Source: Epiperipatus broadwayi (taxonomy: Eukaryota; Animalia; Onychophora). From it: DNA of 64,000 bases. The notes beneath the pieces were generated by a model, which made no database searches, was not told where the DNA came from, and saw only the letters and a program-made list of their open reading frames with translations. Position numbers and translations under genes: made by a program. Positions within the stretch are counted from its first letter, which is position 1, and each line of letters starts with the position of its first letter. Of the stretch, positions 1 to 12,469 are shown piece after piece. Where the stretch lies: NCBI GenBank assembly GCA_028023455.1, contig JAQFVV010000009.1, positions 3,472,001 through 3,536,000 on the forward strand, in the 5' to 3' direction.

Positions 1-819
1 AGACAATATTTTGTCTCAGATCTGGAATAGTGATAATAGACATTTTTGTTTTGTAAAAATGGTTTCAGAAAATCTACCTGAATAATTCTTTTTGAGATGT
101 TGGGCTGAATATTTGATAACCTGGATCTATAATTTTTATGATATAGAATAAAGAAATTTTTTTCTTTACTTTATTTAACAAATATATATGTGTAATGCTG
201 TATAATGTAGTATTCTTTATATAAAATGCTGTAACTAACTAATCTTGATAGCGCAGTACAAAGTCTATGCAGTGCTCAAAAATTACAATGTAAACTAATC
301 ATGGGTAATATTTTTTTATGTGGATGGGTCTATGAAATATTGCTGATCGTAAATTGAACTATGCCACTAAAAGAAAAAAATGCCAACACTATATTTATTC
401 AAAATATACTAAGTGATGCAAATTAACACATCTACTGGCCATGTGTATGATGGGATTTGAATACAAAATATGAGAAATTCTTTTTGAGAAGCTTTAAATT
501 TTGTTTCTTATAGCACATCATAATAAAACCAGCTAAATATCTAACAATGGATGGTAAATGAGTATTTAACAATCTTCAGGTAAAGAATAAATCAAGGCTG
601 GAAAACTGCATAAACTTTCATCACCAAATTTGGAGCTGCATAAACCTGTTATTTAGGGCAGAAACTATATATATTTAATGGCTTCTGTTATACAGTAACT
701 GTAAACATCTTTTGACTCCTTGGAAAAAATGCTTCACACCAAACAAAATATCACATCACTATCTCAGTTTCTTTTCAACATCTGCATTAGGTGCAATAAT
801 TTATTCTATTTACTTTAAT

Positions 820-1450
820 ACCATCTATTATAAATCTTATTAATCAAATGGACACTAAATGATAATATCAAACAAATTCCCAAACTAGTTTCTAGCTATT
901 AGACTTTATCAATGATAAGTATCAGACTAATATTAACACATTTAGTAGCAAATTTATTTTTGTTATATTACCTGAGCTAATGACTTGAGATTTTTAAATA
1001 TTCATTTTTGAACTCATTCAACTTGCTTTATAGTGACATAGATCTAGGATTTGGATGTGGCACTGCTTTCTAGAATCAATTGGTTAATTAATATGTAGTA
1101 GATAGCTCCTAAGTAAATAGAATAATATGTTTAAGCAGATATTGAAAATAAGATGAGAATCAAGAATGAATGTATTATTTGATATATATCATACTTGCCA
1201 AAAAGCTAAAGCATATCATGGAAAATGCTAAAACATGTAGCTACTAGCCTGGTATCAGATCTATATAATTGTACAAATTAGTTGGCTTAAGTTCAAATCT
1301 TATAATATTTGTATCTCAGGTCCACTAATTGAAATAGTATATAAATGATTGTGGCTGGTGATAGTTGAAAATTTAGTAGTTTATTGATGAGATTAATAAC
1401 ATAAAATAATCAGGATGTTCATTCATTACCCAGGCTGACAATAACTTGTT
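820..1450. mobile_element. Heavily eroded fold-back of the hammerhead-bearing Penelope/retrozyme-type repeat
   Basis: 880-915 (cccaaactagtttctagctattagactttatcaatg) aligns to the ribozyme segment at 9272-9311. 970-1050 and 1255-1320 are imperfect inverted repeats. 1005-1050 also resembles 62165-62210. Confidence 0.35.
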
Positions 1451-3082
1451 CAGGAGAATATTAATTATGTTTTCTAATGCATATGTACCTGTACAAGTGG
1501 AATGAGAAATCATGCAAACTATATAAATTAAGCCAATAATAATATAGAAATATCTTTATTGACAAGCCCTTCAACATTGTTATTTTACATAAATTATATT
1601 TTCTTAACTTTAATTGAATGTGAAAAAAATAAAATAATACTATTAAATATTAATAAGCACTAATATAATTACATTCTAATTTCATAGAAACAATAACCAA
1701 TTCATTTTTTTAAAAAATAAACTTTACTATGAATTCAAACTATGATACAGCCCACAGCTATGGTTAGTGGAATATTCTTCAAATGTACGGAAAATTTAAA
1801 TAAATCAATAAACAATACATAAATAAAAATATCTTTTGCAATTTTATAGATTAAAAAATTGATTAATCATAAATTAGATATTGTTTCCAATATAATTTTT
1901 TCCAGTTCTTCTCTGTCTACTTTCACCTTTTTTTTAAAAAAAATTGTCTTTGGTTATTTTAGTTTAAAATTCTGTTATCATCTCATTTCATTGATAGATT
2001 CCCTTAATTGTGACAAAAGTTTTTGTGTTTGTATAACTATATTGTATTCTTTAAATACACACCAGCAATTTTTATATTTATTTATTTTTTTGCAAAAACC
2101 TTCATGTTGAGAAAATAAGAATTATTTTAATAGACTGATAATCTTTCATTGTGAATTGCATACACATTACAATCAATAATAAATTTATTGAAATTGAATT
2201 TGGAATAGGAGTCTTACTTGGCAATGATGTATGTTGGGGAAACATTACTTAGGTATCCCAGTCTGTAATAAAAAATATTTAAAAGTTTTTTAAATGCTTT
2301 GCATCATAAAATCTATGAAGTATCATGCATGTGATTTCTCATTAGTAGCAGAAATAGTTGTAATATTTGTTATGATAATAATAATAATAAAGCAGGAGAT
2401 AATCATAATAATATAATAAGTAAATTTTATTTTTATTTAAACATATGTGCAGTAAATCTATAATGTATGCTTGTATTAGTATGTTCTACTTCAATTATAT
2501 TTCTACCCCCCCCCCCCAAAAAAAAATGTAAATAAACAAAAAGTAAAAACATTAAACTTTGAAAATTTAACACATCTTGAAGTGGCCTGTTAAATTTAAC
2601 ATACTTAATATTGTTAATCCCACCTCCACTCCCTTTGTTTGATATAGTATAGTATTTTATTTAATAAAAGCTTGTAAAGTGATTTTTTTAAGCAATAAAA
2701 TAAAATTATTAATTTAATTGAGAAAAAAAACCCTGATAAAACATTTCTTAAGATACTTTTATTTTGCAACAAAAAGCTTCAAGTTAGCCAAGATTCTGAA
2801 AAAGATACTTTCAGCTCAGTCAATACCAAAACAACTAAAAAAATTATTGAAAAATATATTTATAATCCAAAATGATAAAACTGGATTATTCTTATATATC
2901 ATGAGTCCCAAAAAGTCAGTAGTCTGATACTTCACTGTTTAAATTATGTTAATTTATATTTGCATATTATATATGTTAAAAAAATCTGCTTTATATATAT
3001 ATGTGCTGAAAGTACTATAAATTTACTATATAGTAGACAATATACATTAAATAGAAACATTGCATATCATTAGTTAAAATCT

Positions 3083-3590
3083 ATATAAAATATTTGAAAT
3101 GTCCCATAGCTATATTATTTCAGCCACACTCCCCCCTCCCCTAAATAAAGAAAGCTCGAATTTTAGCACTACACTGAAAACAAAATTCTCTTCAATGTTG
3201 AGTGCAATAATGTAATAAATATTAAAATTCAATCTAAATTAAATAAAAAGTGTGAATTTAAGAGAACAAAGATCTTACATTACAAATACACAAACATGTT
3301 TAATCTTAAATATACTTAGAATATCTATACAATAGCCATTTTTACTAACTCAAATATAAAAGATAAAAATAATGGATATCACTAGCCGAAATCTATATAA
3401 AATATTTGAATCCTCTTCAATGTTGAGTGCAATGATGTAGCTTGAATTTCAAAATATATTACATCACTGCACTCCATACTGAAGAGAATTTTCTTTTCAA
3501 TTGAGTGCTAAAATTCAAGCTTTTTTTTATTTAAAAGGGGAATGTAGTTGAAATAATACAGCTATGGAGCATTTCAAATATTACAATATA
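3083..3590. mobile_element. MITE / fold-back element with ~130 bp imperfect terminal inverted repeats
   Basis: 3083-3215 is the reverse complement of ~3460-3590 (e.g. aatatttgaaatg / catttcaaatatt; aattttagcact / agtgctaaaatt). No coding capacity. Confidence 0.7.
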
Positions 3591-4544
3591 TATTGTATTG
3601 TAAACAAAATGTGAGCTATTATTCACTATACATGATGTATACCAGGGGACATAAAACAAAATATAGCAAATATCATGATTCCACTGTGTATGAAAATGGA
3701 ATTTGTTGATTTTTCAAAATCTGAATAAAATAGCCATCAATTTAATGAAACTCATCTTTTAGGAGAAGAAAGTTTAAATTATCAGATATATAGTTACAAG
3801 TTTTTTTTTAATTAATTGAAGGATCATTGGGTAAAGAAGAATACATAAATGTTATATTTGTTGTAAAGTATAACTTATTAATTATTATTAAAATGCATAT
3901 TTTTATCAATGAAAGCTAATAGTATTAAAAAGTACTTTGTGTAGTAGTACCTCTGTTCATTAGCTTCAAAAATTTACAAAAGAAAACTTTTACTCCTTGT
4001 TGATAATATTTTATATCAATACTATTAAAATACTGAAATTTGTCTTTTTGAATACTATGATCAACACTTTGGTTAAGCAGAAAAATGAATATTAAATAAA
4101 TTTGAATATGGATACTCAAAACAGTTTTTTTAATGAATGATATTATTATTAAAAAGACAGAATATAATAAGTTAACAATATATGGGACAGATTTTTTTTT
4201 GGTAGATGTAGTATTCTCCAATCTTAAAATGATAGTTGCATTAAAAATGAATATCATATTTCAAATGCATTGTTAAGAAAGCAACTACTATTTTTATGCT
4301 AAATGTAAATGACTATTAAACATTAACATTGTCAATTTAGATTTTCAAATTTGTCACATTATAGAAGCACTGGAATTCTCTTAAGAAGTGGATTGATTGC
4401 ATGTACAAGGAATTATGTACTTGAATTGAGTAAAAAAGACAAAAAAAATATATAATGGTTTTCAGAAATATTATCAAAATCAGCTTTTCCTTTACTTTTG
4501 TTATAATATATAAATTCAATCTATCCAAATCACTTTGAACACTT

Positions 4545-7503
4545 TTTAGTAAAAACCTTTTATTGTATATACTTACAACTGCAGATCACTTTCAAGTGAA
4601 GGAAGATTGCAAGAATTAGAAGAACTGTCTTATATTAAATGGGACATTACTGGACTTTGTGAAGTTAGAAGAAAAGGTGAAGAGACAATTGATTTAAAAA
4701 GTGACATGTACTTTATTATAAAGGCACAAATATTTGAAGTCCAAGTGGAGTAGGATTCATTATAAATAAAAAGTGGACTTTGTGAAGTTAGAAGAAAAGG
4801 TGAAGAGACAATTGATTTAAAAAGTGGACATGTACTTTATTATAAAGACACAAATATTTGAAGTCCAAGTGGAGTAGGATTCATTATAAATAAAAAAGTT
4901 GAAGAACAACATTGTAAAAATTGATGGTGTATTAAACAGAGTGACAAGATTAGTTTTACAACTTAATAGCAGATACAAAATACAGATAATTCAGGTTTAT
5001 GCCCCAACAAGTTTTCATAGTGATGAAGTAGTAGAAGATTTTTATATGGATATATAAAAGACTTTTGATCAGAGTAAACAACATTTTAAAATTGTTTTGG
5101 GAGACTTTAATGCTAGAATTGGTAAACAAATGAAATATGAAAGTGCTGTAGATAATTTTGGTTATGGTAATAGAAATGAGAGAGGACATAGACTTGTGGA
5201 GTTTTCAAAAAAAGAAAAACTTTATATTATGAATTCTTTTTTTGAAAAAAATGTTAAAAACAAATGGACATAGAAGCATATAAACAAAGGTACAGCAGAG
5301 TTGGATTATATTTTGACTAACAGAAAATATATATTTCAAGATTGTAATGTTCTTAATAAATTTAACACAGGAAAAGATCATCGATTAGTAAGATATAAGA
5401 TATATGTTAATGCAAAACCAGAGAGACAAAAATTATTAAGAAAAACAATATTTACAGTTGATATTCATAATCTTCAGAAACAGACTAATGAATTTAAATT
5501 TAAAGTTTACAAATCAGTTTCAAATATTAGTAGATTTTGAATATGATTCAGATTTGAATGAAATTAATATGAAAATAACTGATACACTTTTAAAAGCTGC
5601 AACAAAGATAGCTGGTAGAAAAAAGAAGCAATTGACCAATACAATTTCTATTGAGATTAGGGAATTTATGAAGAAAAGAAGGAATATGAAGATATACAAA
5701 AATGATGCATTAAAGGATTGACTATCTCAAAATTTTGTAAAGTGGTGTGGAAAAGAGTTGAAAATGATATAAGAAAGTATAACTGTGAATTAGCAAGGAA
5801 AGCTGTAGAAGAGAATACAATTCTCAAGAGTGTAAAACAACATTTTGGTATTTGTAGAAAATTTATATGTGCAATAAAAAAAAAAGATGGAATTATTACT
5901 AAAAAAAGAGATGACATCATGAAATGGGTAGAAGACTTTTATCAAGAATTATATAGTGATAAAGAACAAGTACCTCCTATATCTATTACATCTTCCGAAT
6001 TGCCCAGAATTTTAAATGAAGAAGTGGGACATGCAATTAAATGTATAAAGAAAGGAAAGGCTCCAGGTAATGATGGAATTATATAATTGATATATTAAAA
6101 GAAGCAGGTGAAGAAATATGAATTTTTTTAGCAAAGTTATATACCAAATGTCTAAATGATAAAGATATACCATATGATTGGAAGAATGCAGTATTAATAT
6201 TAATATTTAAAAAAGGTGATAAAAAGTGATTAGAAATTTCAGACCTATCAGCCTTTTATCAGTTTTATACAAAATTTTTACCAAGATAATTACAACTTGT
6301 CTACAGAGAACATTGGATTTCCAACCAACCAAAAAAAAAAAAAACAAGCTGGATTTAAAAGTGGTTTTAGTACAGTAGGTCATACCCAGGTATTGAGAGA
6401 AATTATACAAAGGACAAATGAATATGAGTTGCCATTATGCTTTGGATTTGTAGATTATGAAAAGGCATTTGACTCTATAAACCTTTCTTTAGGGATTAAA
6501 GCATTGGATCATCAAGATATAGATCCAGGATATTGTCATATTTTAAAGAATATTTTAAAAATGCAATGGAAACAATTAGATTACATAATAATACTGGGAA
6601 AGTCAACATTGAGAAGGGTGTAAGACAGGGTGATTCCATATCTCCAACACTTTTTACAGCAGTGCTGCAAGAAATATTTTGTGAATTAAAATGGGAAGCT
6701 AATGGAGTGAAAGTAAATGGAGATTATTTATGTCATTCAGATTTTGCAGCTGTAGTTGTTTTTGAAAATAATGCTTTAGAGCTGCAGGAAATGTTGCAGG
6801 AGATATCAGATGAAAGTAGGACTAAAGATAAATGTTAAAAAGACTAAAGTAATATTTAATGGATTTTCTCAAAATATGAAAATAAAGATTGACTATGATG
6901 AGTTAGAAGAAGTTAACAGTTACAAATATCTCAGGCAGATTATTAATACAGATGGAAACATAATGGATGAAATTAATCACACGATTAAACTTGCTTAGAG
7001 TGCTTTTGGTAGAAATAACTTGATACTAAAAGGAAATATGCCTATGTGTTTGAAAAAAAAGGTTTTTAATAAATGTGTTTTACCAGTTCTTACTTATGGA
7101 TCTGAGATTTGGATACTTAATAGAAGAGCAGTACAGGACTTCAGACCACTCAAAGAAGTATGGAGAGATGCATGTTGGGAGTAACAAGAAGAGATCAAAA
7201 ACACAATATATGGGTAAGAGAACAAACGGGTGTTAATGACCTCATTGAAAAAATTAAAAGACTGAAGTGGAGTTGGGCTTGACATATTGTTAGAAGAGAT
7301 GATAATAGATGGCCAATGGAAATCTTAAACTGGATTCCAAGAGATTATAAAAGACCCAGAAAGAGACGACATGTGAGATGGATGGATGAAATAAGAAAGT
7401 GTGCACGGGTGATGTCGAGAAGAGAAGCTAAAGATCAAAGAAGAAAGATTGAACTTGGAGAGACATTCATTCTGCAGTGGAATGATAATGGTCAATGATG
7501 ATA
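4545..7503 (+). mobile_element. RTE-clade non-LTR retrotransposon, near-complete ORF, inactivated by frameshifts and stops (APE endonuclease + RT)
   Basis: Translates to TYNCRSLS..IKWDITGLCEVRR, GDFNARIG, DYILTNRK (APE); KAPGNDG, FVDYEKAFDS, GVRQGDSISP (RT); GETFILQW at the end, then a (TGA)n tail at ~7495-7503. Confidence 0.95.
4651..4897 (+). repeat. Near-perfect 123/124-bp tandem duplication inside the RTE endonuclease region
   Basis: tggactttgtgaagttag... starts at 4651 and again at 4774. Confidence 0.95.
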
Positions 7504-9271
7504 CTTTATGTTTCAACTGTCCTGCAGTCTTCTTCAGAGTCAATTTAAAAAAAGATTTTTGCTAAAAAGTGTTTGAAGTGACTTGAATAAACTGGATTTA
7601 TAAATGGTTTTCTAAAAATAGTCATCTTTAATTAGTGATTTGAAAAAAAAAAAAACTGGCTTTCTGTTTAGATAAAATGAATATTAGTTTTTAGAAGCAA
7701 TATAGAGATTTAAAAGTAGAAGTTAGATAACTAACAAAAAGATTAAGAATAATTAGTGGATTAAAACTGCAAAAGAAATAATAATTTATTGATCATAGTC
7801 ATTATTTGTAGTGTAACGTTATCTTTGGTATGAGTGTTTGGCATTCTACAATGTAAGAAGATTTTTGAGAGAAAATATATATTTTATAAAATATAATATA
7901 TAAAAAAATGTAGTTTTTTTTATTTGATAAACAAGATTTATTATTTTTATTGAAACTACTCTGCTAATCAAAAAAAAAAAAGTACATGTAGATTTTTTTA
8001 AAGATAAAATAATTAAATATGACAGATTAGAATATCGATTGCCAATATGAACTTAGTGAATGAAAAAAAAAGGTTAGAGATTGTATAAAATTAAACCTTG
8101 TTTAAATTTTGTAAAGTATTCATTTATTTTGGTTGATGAAATCATATTAGTCTTCAAATCAAAAATGAATATTATATTAAAGATAATATAAAACCATGTA
8201 TTATATGTAAATTATGATTAATATTGTAAATTAATAATAATAAAAATAAACTTTGCAGGGAAATTAAATTCCTGAAAAAATGAAAAAAAGTGTAAATAGG
8301 TGCTTGTGTGATGGAATCAGAGCAGTGATATGAAAAGATGAACCTGAGAACTTTGATTCATCTCTTCCTTGCTTCATTAGTATTGTTCATGAATTCTGTT
8401 ATTAAAACAGGCAAAAGGTGATCATGTGATGTTCACGAATTCTGCAAACTAGAGTGCTGTATTCTTCATTGAGTGGCATATTGCAGAGATTCAGAAAACT
8501 GTAGAAAAATATTTTGTCATGTGTTTGTTTTTACTTGCAGGGATAATTCAAACCTGATGCACTAAGTGGATAGGACATCGATGCATTCCTCCTAGCCTAA
8601 AGTTAAAAGGATATCTTGATTCAAAACACCATACCAACATAATACCAGAATCCTAGCAAATTAATAAGAAAAACAACATTTCAACAGGATATAATGGATC
8701 TCATAGTTCATAGAAATAAGAAACCCATAGTTATGGTACACATCCAATATATCAGCCATTAAACCCATTCAAAGAAATAATAGGTAAGATTAATGAGAGC
8801 TCTATATCTAACTTTAATGGTTATCTGAACTAATAATATAAACTTTTAACAAACTAATACAACAGATGAACTAAAGTTTATTACTGATAATAGAATATCT
8901 AATTAAATTTGTAATTAAGAATGTGTTATATATCTATTCTATGTAATGTTGTATCTATATGTTAATGTTTAATAATATTTGTAGGATAGTATTAATAAAT
9001 AATTTTGTATTTATAATATGTACTTACTGGTTTATTAAATCGATAATCAGCAATCTTTATTATTTAGATTCTTCCACGTATGAATACTACTACACATAAT
9101 TAATTTACCATTAAGCATCACATGATCACATTTCCTATACTAGCACATTAATTGTTGATAAACAGAGCAAAACTCTCCATACAGTATTGCCACCTGTGCT
9201 AAACAGAGTAATCAATGGATGCCAGAAGGCTTGTGCATAAAATCCCTATCTAATGCCTACTCATCCAATAT

Positions 9272-9311
9272 CCCCAGACTAGTTTCTGGCTTGTGGCCTT
9301 CGTCAGTGAGG
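9272..9311 (-). ncRNA. Minimal type I hammerhead ribozyme (variant)
   Basis: Minus strand reads CCUCA CUGACGA A GGC CACAA GCC A GAAAC UA GUC/UGGGG: stem I CCUCA:UGGGG, core CUGANGA and GAAA, GUC cleavage triplet, palindromic ACUAGU stem III. Confidence 0.8.
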
Positions 9312-9609
9312 AGCTTTGGATCTGAGAGCACTGCATCTAGATCTTAGGCTCTAATGCAACCCGCTAGCAACTACCTTTTATCTCTACTTAACTACAAAAC
9401 CATGAGAATGAAATTGAAAACACAAAATATTTTCAATCTAAGCTCAACAGCTTATATAGTCATATGGGTCTGAACTCAGTTCAGCACCCATACATTTTGG
9501 TGTCTTTGGCTCTTTTACAACCATAGCCACCACTATCCTATTAGGCAGGATTGGTGTTAAACCATTAAGCATCACATGATCACATTTCCTATACTAGCAC
9601 ATTAATTGT

Positions 9610-9801
9610 TGATAAACAGAGCAAAACTCTCCATACAGTATTGCCACCTGTGCTAAACAGAGTAATCAATGTGTGATAAACAGAGCAAAACTCTCCATAC
9701 AGTATTGCCACCTGTGCTAAACAGAGTAATCAATGTGTGATAAACAGAGCAAAACTCTCCATACAGTATTGCCACCTGTGCTAAACAGAGTAATCAATGT
9801 G
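9610..9801 (+). repeat. Three tandem 64-bp repeats forming the spacer of the fold-back
   Basis: tgataaacagagcaaaactctcc... starts at 9610, 9674 and 9738. Confidence 0.95.
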
Positions 9802-10089
9802 CTAGTATAGGAAATGTGATCATGTGATGCTTAATGGTTTAACACCAATCCTGCCTAATAGGATAGTGGTGGCTATTGTTGTAAAAGAGCCAAAGACACC
9901 AAAATGTATGGGTGCTGAACTGAGTTCAGACCCATATGACTATATAAGCTATTGAGCTTAGATTGAAAATATTTTTTGTGTTTTCAATTTCATTCTCATA
10001 GTTTTGTAGTTAAGTAGAGATAAAAGGTGGCTGCTAGAGGGTTGCATTAGATCCTAAGATTTAGATGCAGTGCTCTCAGATCCAAAGCT

Positions 10090-10129
10090 CCTCTCTGACG
10101 AAGGCCACAAGCCAGAAACTAGTCCGGGG
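10090..10129 (+). ncRNA. Minimal type I hammerhead ribozyme, mirror copy (first stem I pair disrupted)
   Basis: CCUCU CUGACGA A GGC CACAA GCC A GAAAC UA GUC/CGGGG. Confidence 0.7.
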
Positions 10130-11149
10130 ATATTGGATGAGTAGGCATTAGATAGGGATTTTATGCACAAGCCTTCTGGTATCCATTGATTACTCTGTTT
10201 AGCACAGGTGGCAATACTTTATGGAGAGTTTTGCTTTGTTTATCAATAATTAATTTACTAAATCTCCATAAATAGAAACCAAATAACAAAAACTTAGTAA
10301 TTATAAAAGGAAGATATTCTGTTTTTATTAATTAATCTTGTGGTGGTATGTTCAGCTAATACTGTCCACTAAACACTGGCACCTAAAATAAATAAATAAA
10401 AGCTGTCATAAGTTATAGTTCTTTTTTATATCATACCATATAATATGACTCAGGGTTAGATTGACCAGGGAAATATCATGTTTTCCTAACATTTATTTAT
10501 TAAATTAAAAAGAAGAAAGCGATTTAATCATATCACAAATGTTAATCTGTTATATTTGTATGTGTAGTATAAAAGTCAAAACCCCTTTAGTAACTTGGAC
10601 AATGATGTTCCAATGTGAGACTTCTGACTAGACTACGAAAATTAAACTCATAACGTGAGATAAGTCGTAATTGTGTTTTTTTTTTAAAAAAAAGACAAAT
10701 ATTTTTTTTGTTTTTCAATTTTAAGTTATGAAGTTGATGTTGTTTATCAGGCGAGTAAAGTAGGCATATAGATGGCAAAATTAAGAATCAAAGAGCAAGC
10801 ATAACAGCAGGGGATAAGGGGATTGGAGAGCAAAATATTAATTGAAACACTAAACAATTTTAAATAGAGGTAGAAAATTAATTTAAAAAGAATTTTTGAC
10901 TTTTACCAGAAAATAAAGTCAGATATAATATGTTATTAGCAGAAAATAAAAATAAAAATAATACTTGTATATGAGATTAATAAGCAGCAAGACAATTAAG
11001 CAAGATGTCAGAAGATAGCAATAGAAAAACAAAAGAGGGTAATACACCAGTAACACTGGAAAGGTTGAGTTTATAAAGAAATTCAAGATCAAGGCTGAAA
11101 TGAAAGAAAACTAAAAGGCCTCTGAAGAATAACATTAAAGAGGTTCAAT

Positions 11150-11830
11150 GAGATAATCAAAAGGATAGATGGTAGAATAGACAACTTGGAGGAAAAGTCA
11201 TTGAGTCATTGATTTAAAGATGGATGACCATGAGAAAGAAAATGAGAAAATGCAAGATATGGGAAGACAGATCAAAAAAGAAATAGATAAAGTGCCTAGG
11301 AGTAGGAATGCTCAATTGTAAAGGTGCAAGCAGAAGTGAACAGCTTGACACAGTAGTCTTAAAGTACTAGATTAAATGCAGAAAAACAAAAAACTATACC
11401 CAGCTTGGTAAATCAATTTTTGGAAAAAGATTTTCTACAATCATGCTGGACAATCACCTGTAGAGCATGTGAATAGCTTGATAAATATTATGAGATCAAT
11501 CCTATGACCAAAGGGGTCAAGATGGTAATAGCTATTAGTCATTTATAAGGGACAGTACAAGCCTGGTGGAATCCTTATTCAACAAACCCTGCAGTTTTGA
11601 ACAAATATAAACAGGCCTTGCTGAATTGTTATTGGAATGAGGATCACCAATAGAGCTAAAAAAATGCTAGCCAGATAAATCATATGTTCCATTTTTCAGA
11701 AAGCAGGTTGCCAAGTAGTCAACATTAACAACATGTCTGTTAACAGAAAACCAAATTATCAAAATAGTAAAGTAAAGTTTTCCAAACCCAGTGGAATATT
11801 TGTTAATAAGTACTAGATGTAAAAGCACCA
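11150..11830 (+). pseudogene. Ty3/Gypsy gag (capsid) remnant
   Basis: ~11504-11650 reads MTKGVKMVIAISHL*GTVQAWWNPYSTNPAVLNKYKQALLNCYWNEDHQ*, a typical retrotransposon capsid pattern (AxxxLxGxAxxWW...FLxxYW). Confidence 0.7.
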
Positions 11831-12469
11831 AACAGCTGACAGATTTACTCAGTGCCTTTGGCAATAATAAATCTAGCATCAATGAGAGAGGGTTTAACCT
11901 CTCAGTAAGTTCCAGGCTAAAAGAAATGATCATTAGATCAATGCACTGAGTGAATCAAAAAGATAACCTATGGTATAGAAAGAAATGGACCCCCCCAATC
12001 AATACAGAAAGAAAGTGGATGAGCTGTGGAACAGAAAACCATTCAATCCTTAAGAGTGATGAAATCTGACCACAATCTTCTTCACCAGGGGAGATTTAGA
12101 GCATAGGATGAATCACCAGGCAAGGATCTGGATATTAAATAGAGGGAATGGTGTGAACAGCAACAAGGGTAGTCATGATCTTTATCACCTCAACCATCTA
12201 TTAACTAAAAGTACATCTAATAGTATCAACTGGATTCAGATAGCCTGTACCCTGAAGAATGAGGATCCATCCAATAAAAAAAGAAACATGGATATATGAA
12301 ATAACAATATATACTCTTTTCTCTAATGAAAACATGAGAAAATGTAGGGTTAATAATGACATTAAAAAAAAGAAGAAAGTAATAATAATAAAAGGTATTC
12401 CAATTCATGAATTAAACAAATTTATTATTATTTTTTTGTTGTTGTTAGTGACTGAGGTATGGGCTGTGA

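Larger units (their letters stand above)
9109..10245. mobile_element. Fold-back insertion of a 454-bp hammerhead-containing retrozyme/Penelope-terminus monomer
   Basis: cattaagcatcac recurs at 9109 and 9563 (454-bp period). 9147-9600 is the reverse complement of ~9796-10253. The 13-bp direct repeat ataattaatttac lies at 9096-9108 and 10246-10258. The insertion is absent from the sister LTR. Confidence 0.9.
7797..10595 (+). repeat. 5' LTR (interrupted by the 9109-10245 fold-back insertion)
   Basis: Colinear with 13708-15157 on both sides of the insertion. Homology stops at agtaact (10595 vs 15157). Confidence 0.7.

Noticed and set aside
9610-9801. Regularly spaced repeats resembling a CRISPR array
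   Set aside because: The units are identical 64-mers with no unique spacers, and the context is eukaryotic.
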